Shown one piece after another: positions 39,762 to 50,452 of a stretch of DNA of 64,000 nt. The number at the start of each line of letters is the position of its first letter. Positions within the stretch are counted from its first letter, which is position 1. The position numbers were made by a program, and so were the translations under genes. The notes under the pieces were generated by a model. It had not been told where the DNA came from and made no database searches. It was given only the letters and a program-made list of their open reading frames with translations. The stretch is from an uncultured Candidatus Rokubacteria bacterium (lineage in GTDB: Bacteria > Methylomirabilota > Methylomirabilia > Rokubacteriales > DASRDR01): positions 320,001 through 384,000 of the forward strand of contig CAWDVE010000019.1 in the NCBI GenBank assembly GCA_963805625.1. Direction: 5' to 3'.

Positions 39762-42485
39762 TCACCCCCCTCGCGGCGAGGCGCGCAGGTCGGTCACCGC
39801 CGCCTCGAGCGCCCGCACGATCTGGCGGGCGGCCTCCTCTGGCGGCGTCCCCGGCGGGAACAGGCGTCGGGGTTCCAGGGGGGCCCCGAACGTCACCGTC
39901 ACGGGATGTGGCTTGATCAACCAGCGGCCCCGCGGCAACGCCTCGAACGTTCCCTGGATGAAGACCGGCACGACCGGGCGCGGGAACCGTGCGAGCAGGA
40001 GTCCGATGCCGGGGCGGAAGGGCAGGAGCTTGCCGGTGCGGGACCGCTCCCCCTCGGGGAACCAGATCAGGCAGTCTCCTCGCTTCAAGACCGCCGCCGC
40101 GAGCGCGAGGCTGGATCCAGCACCTCGTTCAGGGTCGATCGGGAGGACCCGCCCCACGCGGCTCACGCCTCGCATCAGGGGGTTGGCGAACGCCACGCCA
40201 GTCCAGCCGCCCCAGTAGCTCCGCTCGAGCCGGCGGCGCCCCAGCGCCGCGGACAGGACCATTGGGTCCAGGAAGCTCGCATGATTGGGAGCGAGCACCC
40301 AGGGCTCGCTGGGAAGATGCTCTAGCCCCACCGTCCGCAGCCGGAACACGAGGCGCATGAGCGCGCTGTTCGCGGCCATCAGGGCGCGCGACAGCAGCGT
40401 CAGACCGGGCCCCAGCGGCGTGAGCCAGTGGGACTGCGCCGGCGAGAGGAGTCGCTCAGGCTCGCTCCACAGCGCGTCCGAGGAGCCGACTCCGGCCAGG
40501 GGGGCGTCGACGACCGCCCGGAGGAGGTCGCGGATCGTCGCGACGCGGGCAATCTCTGCTTCGTCGAGCTGTACGCCCACCCGCCGCTCGATCTCGAGCG
40601 TGAGGGCAAGCCACTCGAGTGAGTCCACTCCGAGATCCAGGCCGAGGCTCACGTCCATGGTGAGGCGGCGCGAGGGATAACGCTGTGACAGCCACTCCCA
40701 GATCAGCTTCGCGGGCTGGTGCTCCAGGAGCAGCCGATCCGCCTCGACCATGTCTCCGACCGCGATCGGGCCCCGTTGGCTCTGCTCCCCGGTCACGGTG
40801 CGGGCACCGGTATAGAGGCCCGGAAGACCTCGACGGCGCAGCTTGCCCAGGCGGGTCCGGGGCAGGGGATCCCGCGTGACGGCCACGTCGCTCATTCGCT
40901 GGTACGAGGGGAGTACAGGATTGATCTCCGCGACCGCATCGCGCACGGCCTGGAGGACATCGGTGCGGCCGGTCCGCTCGATCATCGCGACGTCGGGCAA
41001 GGCCAGGCCCACCAGACGACCGTCCTGTTGCAGGACCGCGAAGTCCCGGAGGAAGGCGTGCCGGAGGAAGGCGGCCTCGACGTTCTCGGGGTTCACGTTC
41101 TCGCCCCCCGGCGTCACCAGCATCTCATCCGCACGACCCGTGATGAAGAGGCGGCCGCGTGTGTCCAGATAGCCGAGATCGCCCGTCCGGAACCAGCCGT
41201 CGCCGGTGAAGGCCTCCCGCGTCTTGTCAGGCAGATTCAGATACGCGGTGAACACGCCGGGCCCCCGAACCTGGATCTCGCCCTCGCCGGGTTCCTGGTC
41301 CGTTGGGGAGGCGACGCGGAGCATGACTCCCGGGATCGGCCGACCCGCGCTGTCCAGGCGACCGTCGCCGGGCAGGTTGAGCGTGAGCATCGGCGAGGTC
41401 TCGGTCAGCCCGTATCCGCTCGCCACGTCCCAGCCCAGGCCCTCGAGCTTCCGGGCGACGGCCGGCTCTAGCGCCGCGCCTCCCGAGGTCAACAGCCGGA
41501 GCCTGGGGCCGATCCGCGCGCGAACGGCGCGGAACAAGCGCGTGCCCCAGCGCAGGCCGAGCCGCCGACGCGCCCAGATGGACAGGTCGAGCGCGAGCCG
41601 GACGGCGGCCGCCGTACCCCGCCCACGATTGGCCAGCTCGGTCTCGATGGCCGAAAGCAAGGCAGTGTACAGACGCGGCACCCCCACCAGGACCGTAGCC
41701 TCGCCTTCCTTCAGCGCCCGGACGATCTGGGGGCCGGTGAGCGCATACGGCAGGACGAGGGGCAACCCGAGCGCCAGGGGAGTGAACAGACCTACGACGA
41801 AAGGATAGACGTGGTGCAAGGGGAGGGGGAGGCACACGCGGTCGCCCGTCGTCACGAGCCGGATGCCGGCGAGCGTGTTGATCTGAAAGGTCAGGTTGCC
41901 GTGACTCAGCGGGACGCCTTTTGGCGGTCCCGTCGTGCCCGAGGTGTAGAACAGGGCGGCGGGGTCGGCGTCCCGACGCTCGGGAAGGACCTCCCCCGGG
42001 CCACGCAGCCCGTGCCAGCTGGCGCGCCCCTCCGGCGTGTCCAGCAGGACGATGCGGGCCGCCGGAGCCAGGCTGGCCACGCGGGTGGCCCGGTCGGCGG
42101 TCGTGAAGACGAGCCGCGCCGCGCTGTCGATCAAGGTGTGCGCGAGGGACTCGTCGTTGAACTGAGCGTCCAGGGGAACCACCACGGCGCCTGCCCGGAT
42201 GACTGCGAGCGCCGAGGCGATCCACTCCGGCCCGTCCGGCGCGAACAGGGCGGCGCGGGCTCCGGGCTCTAGACCAGCGGAGGCAAGCCCGGCCGCCAGC
42301 TCGCGCACGGTTCGAGCCAGCTGCCCGTAGCTCCACTCACGGCGCTCCCTTGCAGCGAAGACGACCAGGGCAGGCCGTTCGGCGTGCGCGGCGAGGCCGT
42401 CCACGATCTCGATCAGCCTGCTGGACGGTGCCATCGTCGGTGCGGCGTTCAGTTGGCGAGGGGCCGGCTTGATCGGTGGGCGCAT
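39762..42485 (-). CDS. Acyl-adenylate-forming ligase - ACP - PlsC acyltransferase tri-domain protein
   Basis: YTSGTTGPPKG, GYGLTET, RTGDLG; carrier LGVDSL; NHASFLD and FPEGERS. Confidence 0.9.
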   Translation of the reverse strand: MRPPIKPAPRQLNAAPTMAPSSRLIEIVDGLAAHAERPALVVFAARERREWSYGQLARTVRELAAGLASAGLEPGARAALFAPDGPEWIASALAVIRAGAVVVPLDAQFNDESLAHTLIDSAARLVFTTADRATRVASLAPAARIVLLDTPEGRASWHGLRGPGEVLPERRDADPAALFYTSGTTGPPKGVPLSHGNLTFQINTLAGIRLVTTGDRVCLPLPLHHVYPFVVGLFTPLALGLPLVLPYALTGPQIVRALKEGEATVLVGVPRLYTALLSAIETELANRGRGTAAAVRLALDLSIWARRRLGLRWGTRLFRAVRARIGPRLRLLTSGGAALEPAVARKLEGLGWDVASGYGLTETSPMLTLNLPGDGRLDSAGRPIPGVMLRVASPTDQEPGEGEIQVRGPGVFTAYLNLPDKTREAFTGDGWFRTGDLGYLDTRGRLFITGRADEMLVTPGGENVNPENVEAAFLRHAFLRDFAVLQQDGRLVGLALPDVAMIERTGRTDVLQAVRDAVAEINPVLPSYQRMSDVAVTRDPLPRTRLGKLRRRGLPGLYTGARTVTGEQSQRGPIAVGDMVEADRLLLEHQPAKLIWEWLSQRYPSRRLTMDVSLGLDLGVDSLEWLALTLEIERRVGVQLDEAEIARVATIRDLLRAVVDAPLAGVGSSDALWSEPERLLSPAQSHWLTPLGPGLTLLSRALMAANSALMRLVFRLRTVGLEHLPSEPWVLAPNHASFLDPMVLSAALGRRRLERSYWGGWTGVAFANPLMRGVSRVGRVLPIDPERGAGSSLALAAAVLKRGDCLIWFPEGERSRTGKLLPFRPGIGLLLARFPRPVVPVFIQGTFEALPRGRWLIKPHPVTVTFGAPLEPRRLFPPGTPPEEAARQIVRALEAAVTDLRASPRGG

Positions 42486-42562
42486 CCGCTGAACCCGCCA
42501 TCGCGCCGCGCCTTCTGTTGCGTCAGACTTGCATCTGTCCGCGCGTTGCCAGCAACAGGGGA

Positions 42563-42982
42563 TCAGCCGCGGCGGCGGTTGAGACCCTGTCGGCCGGACC
42601 TGCGCTCGGGCGCGGCGCCTGTGCCCCCGGCCTCCGGCGTCATGAGCCGCTTCGCGGTGTAGTACTTCTTGGGATGCCGCTTGCTCTCCCGGTCGCGATC
42701 ACGGTAGCGTTCGAGCTCCCGCTCGAGCTTCGCGAGCGCGCCGTCGAAGGCGGCCCGTAGCGTCTCCGCAGTGTCCTCGACGCGGACGTGCGGGCGATAC
42801 GGCAGCCGCACCGTGAGTGCGCAGCGCATGGCTGGCCCGCCTTTCGGCCCGTTCTCGTCGAAGAGGGTCGCCTGCGCTGTGATCGGTTTCGTGGCCAGGT
42901 GGGCCAGGGCCGCCGTCAGCTGCGCCGTGATACGGGCGCGCAGGGCACGGTCAGCGGGGACGCCTCGAATCTCGATCGCCAT
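42563..42982 (-). CDS. HPF/RaiA-family ribosome hibernation factor-like protein
   Basis: IEIRG, DENGPKGG..RC, AFDGALAKLERELER; RBS AAGGAG. Confidence 0.78.
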   Translation of the reverse strand: MAIEIRGVPADRALRARITAQLTAALAHLATKPITAQATLFDENGPKGGPAMRCALTVRLPYRPHVRVEDTAETLRAAFDGALAKLERELERYRDRDRESKRHPKKYYTAKRLMTPEAGGTGAAPERRSGRQGLNRRRG

Positions 42983-43051
42983 GGTCTCGCTCCTTGTCCG
43001 GCTCTGAGCTGCTCGTCAGTCGGGCGCGTCGGACGTGCCCATTCCGGCGAG

Positions 43052-43067
43052 TGCAATGGAGGTGCCA
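43052..43067 (-). promoter_or_regulatory. Sigma-54 promoter for HPF-like gene
   Basis: TGGCAC-CTCCA-TTGCA. Confidence 0.85.
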
Positions 43068-43106
43068 GAAGAATGCGGGGTAAACGGGGCAACTGACATC
43101 GTTCTC

Positions 43107-43144
43107 TGTCCCGCCGATGCCTCGGGTGAGGCGATCTCTCCCCA
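43107..43144. promoter_or_regulatory. Tandem enhancer boxes
   Basis: TGTCCC-GCCGAT-GCCTCG (43107) and TGAGGC-GATCTC-TCCCCA (43127); nearly colinear with 48496-48533. Confidence 0.7.
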
Positions 43145-43361
43145 TCAAGTAACGGTGAGTGATCCTCCGGAGTGTCGGGGGCGGGCGAAAGGATCCCCCG
43201 TGGGACGGGCGGATTCGCGTGGTCACGCCCAAACGGCACGGATAACGACGAGAAGCACGGCCCCGGCCAACACGACCCATCCTGTCATCTTCACGCATGA
43301 CTGCTCTCCGAACACGCCGCGATCGGTCGTTCCCGCGGCGAGGTCAACGTCGTCTGCTGCG

Positions 43362-44396
43362 TCAGTGGAGCGCCTTGACGATCTCGTCCTGCGCCACCCA
43401 GGGGAACGGCACCGGTCGTCCGTCCCGCCGCGCCACGACGCCGCGACCGGCTTCGATCTGGCCGATCGCGTGCCCGACGATGGCGTTTCGTCGCCAGGCG
43501 CGCAGCAGCGCGCCGACCCGGCTCGGCGCGATGGCCACCAAGAGAGCGCCCGATCCGATGAGGCCGAGTGGGTTGATGCCGAAGTGGCGGCAGAGACGCG
43601 CGGTCGCGGGTCGGATCGGCACGCGATCGAGCTCGACCCGAAGGCGGACGCCAGACGCGTGCGCCAGCTCGTGAAGGGCGGCGCGCACACCGCCTTCCGT
43701 CGGGTCGTGCATCGCTGACGCCCGGAGACGGGCCGCCGTCAGCGCCTCCGTCACCACCGAGATCCCGGGGTGACGTCGGAAGCCCTGGGCCCGGCGCAGC
43801 AGGGCGGCAGGCATCGCCCGCCGAAGCTCCCGGGCGCGCTCTTGGGAGAGAATCGCCGTGCCCTCGATGCCCGCGGCCTTCGTGAGCAGCACCACGTCGC
43901 CCGGGCGGGCACCTGCCGCCGTGATCGGCCGGCGCCCGATCAGGAGCCCTTGCATGTCGCCGGCCACGATCGCCCGGGTGACTCCGTCCGTGACCTCGGT
44001 GTGTCCTCCCGTCACGGCGATGCCGAGCGTCCGACACGCCCGGTCAATGTCGCGGACGATGGCCACGACGTGTGAGGCCCGGGTGCCCGGGGGCAAGAGG
44101 ATCGTCGGCTGGAACCAGCAGGGCCGGGCGCCCATGACGGCGATGTCGTTGGCGTTCACCTGGACGACGTACCAGCCGAGGTGGGTCGTCGCGAACGTCA
44201 CCGGGTCGCTCTTGAGCACGAGCCCCCGAGGGCCAACCCTGACAACCGCCGCATCCACGCCACAGCCGGGTCCCACCAGCACGCGATCATCTCTCGCCCC
44301 GCGCCACCGCAGCAGTCGATCGAGCAAGGCGGGCGGAAGCTTCCCCAGGCGCAGGGTCGATCTGGCCGACGGCACGCGGATCGCCGATCTGTTCAT
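43362..44396 (-). CDS. AIR synthase-like (HypE/PurM superfamily) protein
   Basis: LGKLP, GVDAAV, SDPVTF, NANDIA, TGGHTEVT, MHDPTEGG; ATG overlaps the ATPase stop. Confidence 0.85.
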   Translation of the reverse strand: MNRSAIRVPSARSTLRLGKLPPALLDRLLRWRGARDDRVLVGPGCGVDAAVVRVGPRGLVLKSDPVTFATTHLGWYVVQVNANDIAVMGARPCWFQPTILLPPGTRASHVVAIVRDIDRACRTLGIAVTGGHTEVTDGVTRAIVAGDMQGLLIGRRPITAAGARPGDVVLLTKAAGIEGTAILSQERARELRRAMPAALLRRAQGFRRHPGISVVTEALTAARLRASAMHDPTEGGVRAALHELAHASGVRLRVELDRVPIRPATARLCRHFGINPLGLIGSGALLVAIAPSRVGALLRAWRRNAIVGHAIGQIEAGRGVVARRDGRPVPFPWVAQDEIVKALH

Positions 44397-47078
44397 CGCC
44401 GGCCCACTCGGGCCTGGGCGGCCTTGAGGGCCTCGAGGAGCACTACCGGCCACAGGATACACAGCGTCACCAGACCCCAGTCGCCGGCCGAAAGGCTCAC
44501 CGTCCCGAGGAGATGCGCGAGCGGGGCCCAGGACACGGCCGTCCACTGAACCGCCCAGAGGACCGCGAGCGCGACCCAGGAGAGGCCATTCGGGGGCAAT
44601 CGCCACCATCCGAGCCGATCCGAGCGGCAGTTCATCGCCTGGAGCGGGTGGATCAGGACGAGCGCGACGAATGCGATGGTGCTGGCGCGGGGGCCCGGGC
44701 CGTCCTGCCAGACCGCCCAGAGGTAGGCGCCCAGCGACGCCGGCACTCAGGAGGGCGCCCTCCGCCAGCATGCGCCGCCCGAAGCGCCACGTGACGAGGG
44801 CGTCCCGCGGGTCCCGCGGCGGACGACGCATGACGTCGGGCTCGGCCGGATCGCGGATCAGGGCCATCGCGGGCAGGATGTCCGTGACCAGGTTCACCCA
44901 CAGAATCTGGAGCGGCAGGAGCGGGGCGGGGAAACCCAGCAGGATCGCGACGAAGACGGCCAGGATCTCGGAGAGGTTGCAGGTGAACAGGAAGTGGATG
45001 ACCTTGCGCAGATTGGCGTAGATCACCCGGCCTTCCTCGACCGCCCGGGCGATCGTTGCAAAGTTGTCGTCGGTGAGGACGATGTCGGCCGCCTCGCGCG
45101 CGATGTCCGTACCGTGGCGCCCCATGGCGACCCCGATGTCCGCCCGAGCCAGGGCCGGGGCGTCGTTGACGCCATCCCCGGTCATAGCCACGATCTCGCC
45201 TTCGGCCTGGAGCGCCATGATGAGGTCGAGCTTGTCCTGGGGGCTGACGCGGCTCCGGATCGATTCGGGCGTGAGGCCCAGCTGGCGACCGACTGCTTCC
45301 GCCGTCAAGCGCTGATCGCCCGTGAGCATGATGGTGCGGATCCCCGCGGTGGCGCAGCGCGCGATCGCCTCCCGGACGCCGCTCCGCACCGGATCCTCGA
45401 GCCCCACGAATCCGAGGAACGTCAGCCCCTCGATGCGGTCGCCCTCCGGCCAGCCCTCGGGGAGCCAGGCTATCGCGAGCACACGAAGCCCATCGCGGGC
45501 GAGCGCCCGGTTCGCCTCGAGGAGAGCGGCCCGGGTCTCCTCGGTCAGTGGCGCCGGGCCCCTCCGCGTGTCGTACTGGATCGACGCCTCGAGCACGGCG
45601 GCGGGCGCCCCCTTCACGCAGAGCACGCGGCCCCCCTCGGTCTCGTGGAGAGTGGCCATCAGCCGAATCGTGGGATCGAAGGGGATCTCTCCGCGCCGCG
45701 GCCACCGGCGGCCGAGGGCAACAGGGTCGAGCCCGGCGTCCAAGGCGGCCGCCAGCAAGGCGATCTCCGTCGGATCGCCCTGGAACTCGAGACCATCCGA
45801 GCCGCGGGTCAGGCTGGCGTCGTTGACGAGCGCGCCTACCGTCAGGAGGCGCGCGAGCTGGGCATCGGCGAGGGGATCGAAAGCCACGTCATCGCGGACG
45901 AACTCCCGCGCCGCTGCGGGTGTGCGGGAGACGACGGCAATCGTCTCTTGGTCCACGTGGAGACGGCTCACGGTCATGCGATTCTCGGTCATGGTGCCGG
46001 TCTTGTCGGTGCAGATCACCGTCGTCGAGCCGAGAGTTTCCACGGCCGGGAGCCGCCGGACGAGCGCTCCCGACCGCGCGAGGCGCCAGAGGCCGGCGGC
46101 GAGCGCCACCGTCGTGACGGCGGGCAGGCCCTCCGGGATCGCGGCGATGGCCAGGGTGATGGCCGTCTCGAGCATGAGCCCGACCGGCTGGCCGCGGAGG
46201 ATTCCCGCCAGGGCGACGACGCTGCACGTCCCGAGCGCGAAGCCGATCAGCCGACGGCCGAGCCACTCGACTTGCCGCTCGAGCGGGGTGGTCCGCTCCC
46301 CGGCGAGGGCGACCAGCTGGCCGATCCGGCCCAGCTCGGTCGCCAGGCCGGTCGCGGTCACGACCGCCACCCCGCTTCCGGCGACCACCGTGGTCCCGAG
46401 GTACACCATCGTGCGTCGGTCGGCGAGCGACGTCTGGGGGGCGAGGCGGGCGTCGGCGTCCTTGTCGACCGGCACGCTCTCGCCGGTCAGGGCCGCCTCG
46501 GCGGTGCGGAGCCGGCTGCCCCGGACGAGCCGCGCGTCTGCCGGGACATGAGCTCCCGCCTCGAGGATCAGCAGATCGCCGGGAACCACCTCGGCGGCGC
46601 GGATCCGGACGACGTCCCCCTGCCGCCGTACGAGGGCCTGAGGCACCGCCAGGGCGCGCAACTTCGCCAGCGAGATGCGGGCCCGCCACTCGGTGAAGAA
46701 CCCGATCCCGGCGTTGAGGAGGAGCGCGGCCAGAATCGCGAGCGCTTCGACGCGCTCCCCGAGCGAGCCCGCGATGGCCGAGGCGGCGAGGAGGAGCAGG
46801 ACGACGAGACTGCGGAACTGGGCGAGCCCGAGACGCCACAGAGGCGTGTCGGGGTGCTCGCCAACGGAGTTTGGACCGATGCGCGCGAGCCGGCGGCGCG
46901 CTTCGTCGGTTCCGAGCCCCGCTTCCGGATCGACGGTCAGGAGATCCAGGACCTCCGACGGCGAGAGGGCGTGCCACTCGCGACTGATCGGGGGACTCCC
47001 GTCGGCGGCCGACGGACCGTCTACCGACGGGTCCGCGGTGCGGGCATGGCCGCTCGGACTCGGTGGCCGCGGCCCCAT
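44393..47078 (-). pseudogene. Cation-transporting P-type ATPase (P2A, CtpF-like) with frameshift near 44735
   Basis: LTGES, PEGLP, DKTGT, KGAP, TGD, GDGVND, QILWVNLVTD; last TM helices lie in frame 44393..44746. Confidence 0.8.
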
Positions 47079-47112
47079 GGCGGCTCGAGGCGTCGCCCCC
47101 GGCTCTCCGTGG

Positions 47113-47472
47113 TCAGCTCGAGCGCTTGTCGTCGGCGGCCTTCCGCTCGAGGTCCCAGTAGCGCCGGTCCCGGTTCCGCAGGATCTCCTCGGACGTGCGC
47201 ACCTCGGCGTCGGGGGCTTGGGGGACCCCGAGGGCTTCTCCGATCTCGTCCACGACGTTCTGGTCTGGCATGGCGACGCTCCCGCCCACCGCCTCCTCCC
47301 CGGAGCTAGCCGCGCGCTGCCAGTCCGCGTCTAGATCGCCCCCGGTCAGGGCGGGCCCGGTTCCCGCGTTGGCTTCCAGCTCGCGAAGCCGCTCCAGAGA
47401 TTCGACCTGTGGTCCTGATTCGGAGTGCGCTCGGCGCACCGGCCGATCCTGGCGGTTGGCCTTTGCTTTCAT
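47113..47472 (-). CDS. DUF6335-like protein
   Basis: LTGGDLDADW..GEEAVGG..PDQNVVDEIGEALG; RBS GGAGG. Confidence 0.78.
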   Translation of the reverse strand: MKAKANRQDRPVRRAHSESGPQVESLERLRELEANAGTGPALTGGDLDADWQRAASSGEEAVGGSVAMPDQNVVDEIGEALGVPQAPDAEVRTSEEILRNRDRRYWDLERKAADDKRSS

Positions 47473-47544
47473 CGCGATACCTCCGGGCCTCTGGTTCCTC
47501 TGACTTCGGATCATCGAGCCTCGGCACCGTTGGCTGGTGGCGAC

Positions 47545-48375
47545 TCAGTGGGACATTAGGACGGGCACGGTCATGTTCTGGAGCATGTGTCGGGTTGCTC
47601 CTCCCAGCACCATCTCACGCACGCGTGAGTGCCCGTAGGCGCCCATCACTATGAGATCGATGCTGAGATCAGCCGCGCGAGAGAGGAGCAGGTCTCCGAC
47701 TCCGATGTCGATGCCCACGTCCGAGGCCGCTTCCGCCGCGACGCCGTGGCGCGCAAGGTGGAGGGCGATGTCCGCGCTCGGCACCCGAGGCCCGGTATGG
47801 GCGTCGGGGTCGATCGAGAGCACGGTGACCTTCGTCGCGAGCTTCAGGAGCGGGATCGCGTCGTGCACGGCCCGCGTCGCCTCGCGGCTTCCGTTCCACG
47901 CGATCAGGATCCGCTCGCCGACCGCCTCGAAGGTGCCGTAGCGTGGGACGACCAGCACAGGTCGGCCGACTCCGAGAGCCAGCTCCTCGGGGAGGAAGGC
48001 GAGGTCGTAGGGTGCGTTGACGAGATCGCGACCCTGCCCAACGACTGTGAGGTCGGCATATCGGGCGTGCAGCTTCGTCGTCCCGACGATGTCGCCGATG
48101 CTGACTCGCCACTCGGCGCGGACCCCGCGCCGCCGTGCTCGATCGTGGAACCGCTCCTCGGCCTGGCGGGCGAGCTCCTCGAGGTGCAGCCGTTGCTCCT
48201 CCCGGAAGCTCGGCGGTAGTTCGGCCTCGAGATAGCCCGGCAACCGAGGCCACCCCATCGCATGGAGGCCCGTGAGATGGGCCCCGTGCTTCGCGGCGAG
48301 GGCGACCGCGACGTCTACCCGCGAGCTGGACGTCGGGTCGTTGTCCACGTGCACCAGCAGATCCTTGAGCCCCAT
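47545..48375 (-). CDS. Tandem-domain universal stress protein
   Basis: LKDLLVHVD, ADLTVVGQ, GRPVLVVP, AWNGSREATRA, MGAYGHSRVRE..LGGAT. Confidence 0.93.
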   Translation of the reverse strand: MGLKDLLVHVDNDPTSSSRVDVAVALAAKHGAHLTGLHAMGWPRLPGYLEAELPPSFREEQRLHLEELARQAEERFHDRARRRGVRAEWRVSIGDIVGTTKLHARYADLTVVGQGRDLVNAPYDLAFLPEELALGVGRPVLVVPRYGTFEAVGERILIAWNGSREATRAVHDAIPLLKLATKVTVLSIDPDAHTGPRVPSADIALHLARHGVAAEAASDVGIDIGVGDLLLSRAADLSIDLIVMGAYGHSRVREMVLGGATRHMLQNMTVPVLMSH

Positions 48376-48437
48376 GGTCCCTCCCCTGGCGGCGCTCGTT
48401 TCCCGTCCTGACGCGCTCGGGCGCCACCCGGCGAGGG

Positions 48438-48453
48438 TGCAACCCGAGTGCCA
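48438..48453 (-). promoter_or_regulatory. Sigma-54 promoter for USP/DUF6335/ATPase
   Basis: TGGCAC-TCGGG-TTGCA. Confidence 0.85.
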
Positions 48454-48495
48454 CCGCGGCGGGGCATTGGACATGGGAGGAGGTCGCCTGAGAGG

Positions 48496-48574
48496 TGTCC
48501 CGCCGCTGCCCCGGGTGGGGCGGGTGCTCCGCACCGGCGCAGCACCCTGGCGAGACCGGGTTGAGCGTGCCCCG
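48496..48574. promoter_or_regulatory. Enhancer boxes between divergent sigma-54 promoters
   Basis: TGTCCC-GCCGCT-GCCCCG (48496), TGGGGC-GGGTGC-TCCGCA (48516), CGGGTT-GAGCGT-GCCCCG (48557). Confidence 0.65.
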
Positions 48575-48615
48575 CGCCATGCGCCCGAATGTGTAGTCGA
48601 TGCCAGAGATTGGGA

Positions 48616-48631
48616 TGGCAGCGCCGTTGCT
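48616..48631 (+). promoter_or_regulatory. Sigma-54 promoter for nucleotidyltransferase-BON-pfkB operon
   Basis: TGGCAG-CGCCG-TTGCT. Confidence 0.8.
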
Positions 48632-48699
48632 AGACGTCTCTTTGGGATCAGGTCCTGCGGGCTGCCAGCCGGGCGCGGATAACCGTCCAGGGGAGAGAG

Positions 48700-49665
48700 A
48701 TGGAGCTCGGACCGAGGCGATCAGACCGGTGGGCGCTCATCCTGGCCGGCGGTGAGGGGATCCGGCTCCGGTCGCTGACGCGACGGATTGCCGGCGACGA
48801 GCGGCCCAAGCAGTTCTGCCCGTTGTTGAACGGCGAGACGCTGCTCGATCGGACGCGCACTCGCGTCGCGCGGACGGTGAGACCAGATCGGACGTGCCTC
48901 GTGCTGACCCGGTCACACGAGCGGTTCTATGGACCGCTTCTCGCCAAGGTGCCGCCCGGGCCGCTGGTCGTTCAACCGTGCGGCCGGGGCACAGCTCCCG
49001 CGATCCTGTACGGTCTGCTTCGCGTCGCCGACGGGGGATCGTCGGACGCCGTGGCCCTGTTCCCCTCGGACCACTACATCTCGGATGAGGCGCGCTTCAT
49101 GGCGCACGTGGACGCGGCCTTCGCCACGGTCGAGGCCCGTCCCGACCTGGTCGTCCTCTTGGGAATGGAGGCGGATGGCCCCGAGGTGCAGTACGGCTGG
49201 ATCGAGGCGGGGGACCCGCTCCTCGAAGGGGCCGCGTTTACCGTTTACCGGGTCCGGCGGTTCTGGGAGAAGCCCGTGGCGGCGATCGCCGAGACCCTCT
49301 TCGAGCGCCGCTGTCTCTGGAACAGCTTCGTCCTGGTGGCTCGGGTGCCTGCGCTACTCGCCCTGATTCGAGGGGCCACCCCCGATCTCTACGGCGCGTT
49401 CATGTCGGCATGGCCCCAGCGCTCGACTCTCGGAGAGACCGAGGCCATGCGATCGCTTTACGCGAGGCTTCCCGCGACGAACTTCTCGGAAGACGTCCTG
49501 GGGACGAGGCCCCCCAATCTCGCGGTGCTGCCGGTTCGAGGAGTCACGTGGAGCGACTGGGGGGACCCGGCTCGAGTGCTCCAGACGTTGGGACGGCTGG
49601 GCGTTCATCCGGAGTGGGCCGAGGGGGAGGCGACTCTAGCCGGGACCGGATCACGGAGTGGGTGA
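48700..49665 (+). CDS. Sugar-phosphate nucleotidyltransferase (mannose-1-P guanylyltransferase-like)
   Basis: ILAGGEGIRL, RPKQF, GTAPAI, FPSDHY, YGWIE, FWEKP, WSDWG. Confidence 0.88.
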   Translation: MELGPRRSDRWALILAGGEGIRLRSLTRRIAGDERPKQFCPLLNGETLLDRTRTRVARTVRPDRTCLVLTRSHERFYGPLLAKVPPGPLVVQPCGRGTAPAILYGLLRVADGGSSDAVALFPSDHYISDEARFMAHVDAAFATVEARPDLVVLLGMEADGPEVQYGWIEAGDPLLEGAAFTVYRVRRFWEKPVAAIAETLFERRCLWNSFVLVARVPALLALIRGATPDLYGAFMSAWPQRSTLGETEAMRSLYARLPATNFSEDVLGTRPPNLAVLPVRGVTWSDWGDPARVLQTLGRLGVHPEWAEGEATLAGTGSRSG

Positions 49666-49728
49666 TGAGCCTCCAGGCACAACGCCACGGACAGCGGAGT
49701 TGAGGCCGCGGTGAAGACGGGAGGCGCC

Positions 49729-50382
49729 ATGAAGACCGACATCGTCTTGAAGGGGCAAGTGCTGGAGGAGCTGGAGTGGGAGCCTGGCATCAAGGCCGCC
49801 GGGATCGGCGTGGGGGTGACCGACGGCGTCGTGACTCTGAGCGGCGACGTCCAGAGTTACCACGAGAAGATCGAGGCCGAGCGAGCCGCGCTGCGAGTGG
49901 CCGGCGTGAAGGGGATGGCGAGTGAGATCGAGGTGCACCTGCCCGGTGCGAGCCAGCGCTCGGATTCGGACATCGCACGAGCCGTGGTCCACGCCCTCGA
50001 GTGGAACAGTTCGATCCCGCCGGATCGTATCAAGGTCGTCGTCAGCAAGGGCTGGGTGACGCTGGAGGGGGAAGTGGACTGGGGGTACCAGCGGACCGCG
50101 GCCGAGGACGCCGTGCGTCGCCTCACCGGGGTGCTGGGTATCCGGAATCAGGTGACGATCAAGCCAAGGCTCACGTCGGGCACCATCAAGGGGAAAATCG
50201 AAGACGCGTTCCGCCGCAGCGCCGAGGTCGACGCCCGTCGCGTCACGGTGGAAATCGATGGCAGCGCCGTCACCTTGCGGGGCAACGTGCGGTCGTGGGT
50301 GGAGAAGCAGGAAGCCGAGCGCGTGGCGTGGGCGTCACCCGGGGTCTCGAGCGTCCTGAACAAGCTCGTGCTCGGCGACTAG
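49729..50382 (+). CDS. Triple BON-domain (OsmY-like) protein
   Basis: Three repeats of G.VTL.G.V...AE; RBS GGAGG. Confidence 0.92.
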   Translation: MKTDIVLKGQVLEELEWEPGIKAAGIGVGVTDGVVTLSGDVQSYHEKIEAERAALRVAGVKGMASEIEVHLPGASQRSDSDIARAVVHALEWNSSIPPDRIKVVVSKGWVTLEGEVDWGYQRTAAEDAVRRLTGVLGIRNQVTIKPRLTSGTIKGKIEDAFRRSAEVDARRVTVEIDGSAVTLRGNVRSWVEKQEAERVAWASPGVSSVLNKLVLGD

Positions 50383-50452
50383 GCGAGCCCGGGCACGCGG
50401 CGATATGGCAGGAGATGGACGCCTGATGCGCCCCTCGCTGGAGGCCCAACCG

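Noticed and set aside
43223-43288. 21-aa hydrophobic ORF MTGWVVLAGAVLLVVIRAVWA
   Set aside because: No convincing RBS or paralog; too short to support
43362-47078. 1238-aa ORF as a genuine novel fusion protein
   Set aside because: The missing ATPase C-terminal helices are in another frame, the linker is shadow-like, and the downstream gene has its own coupled ATG
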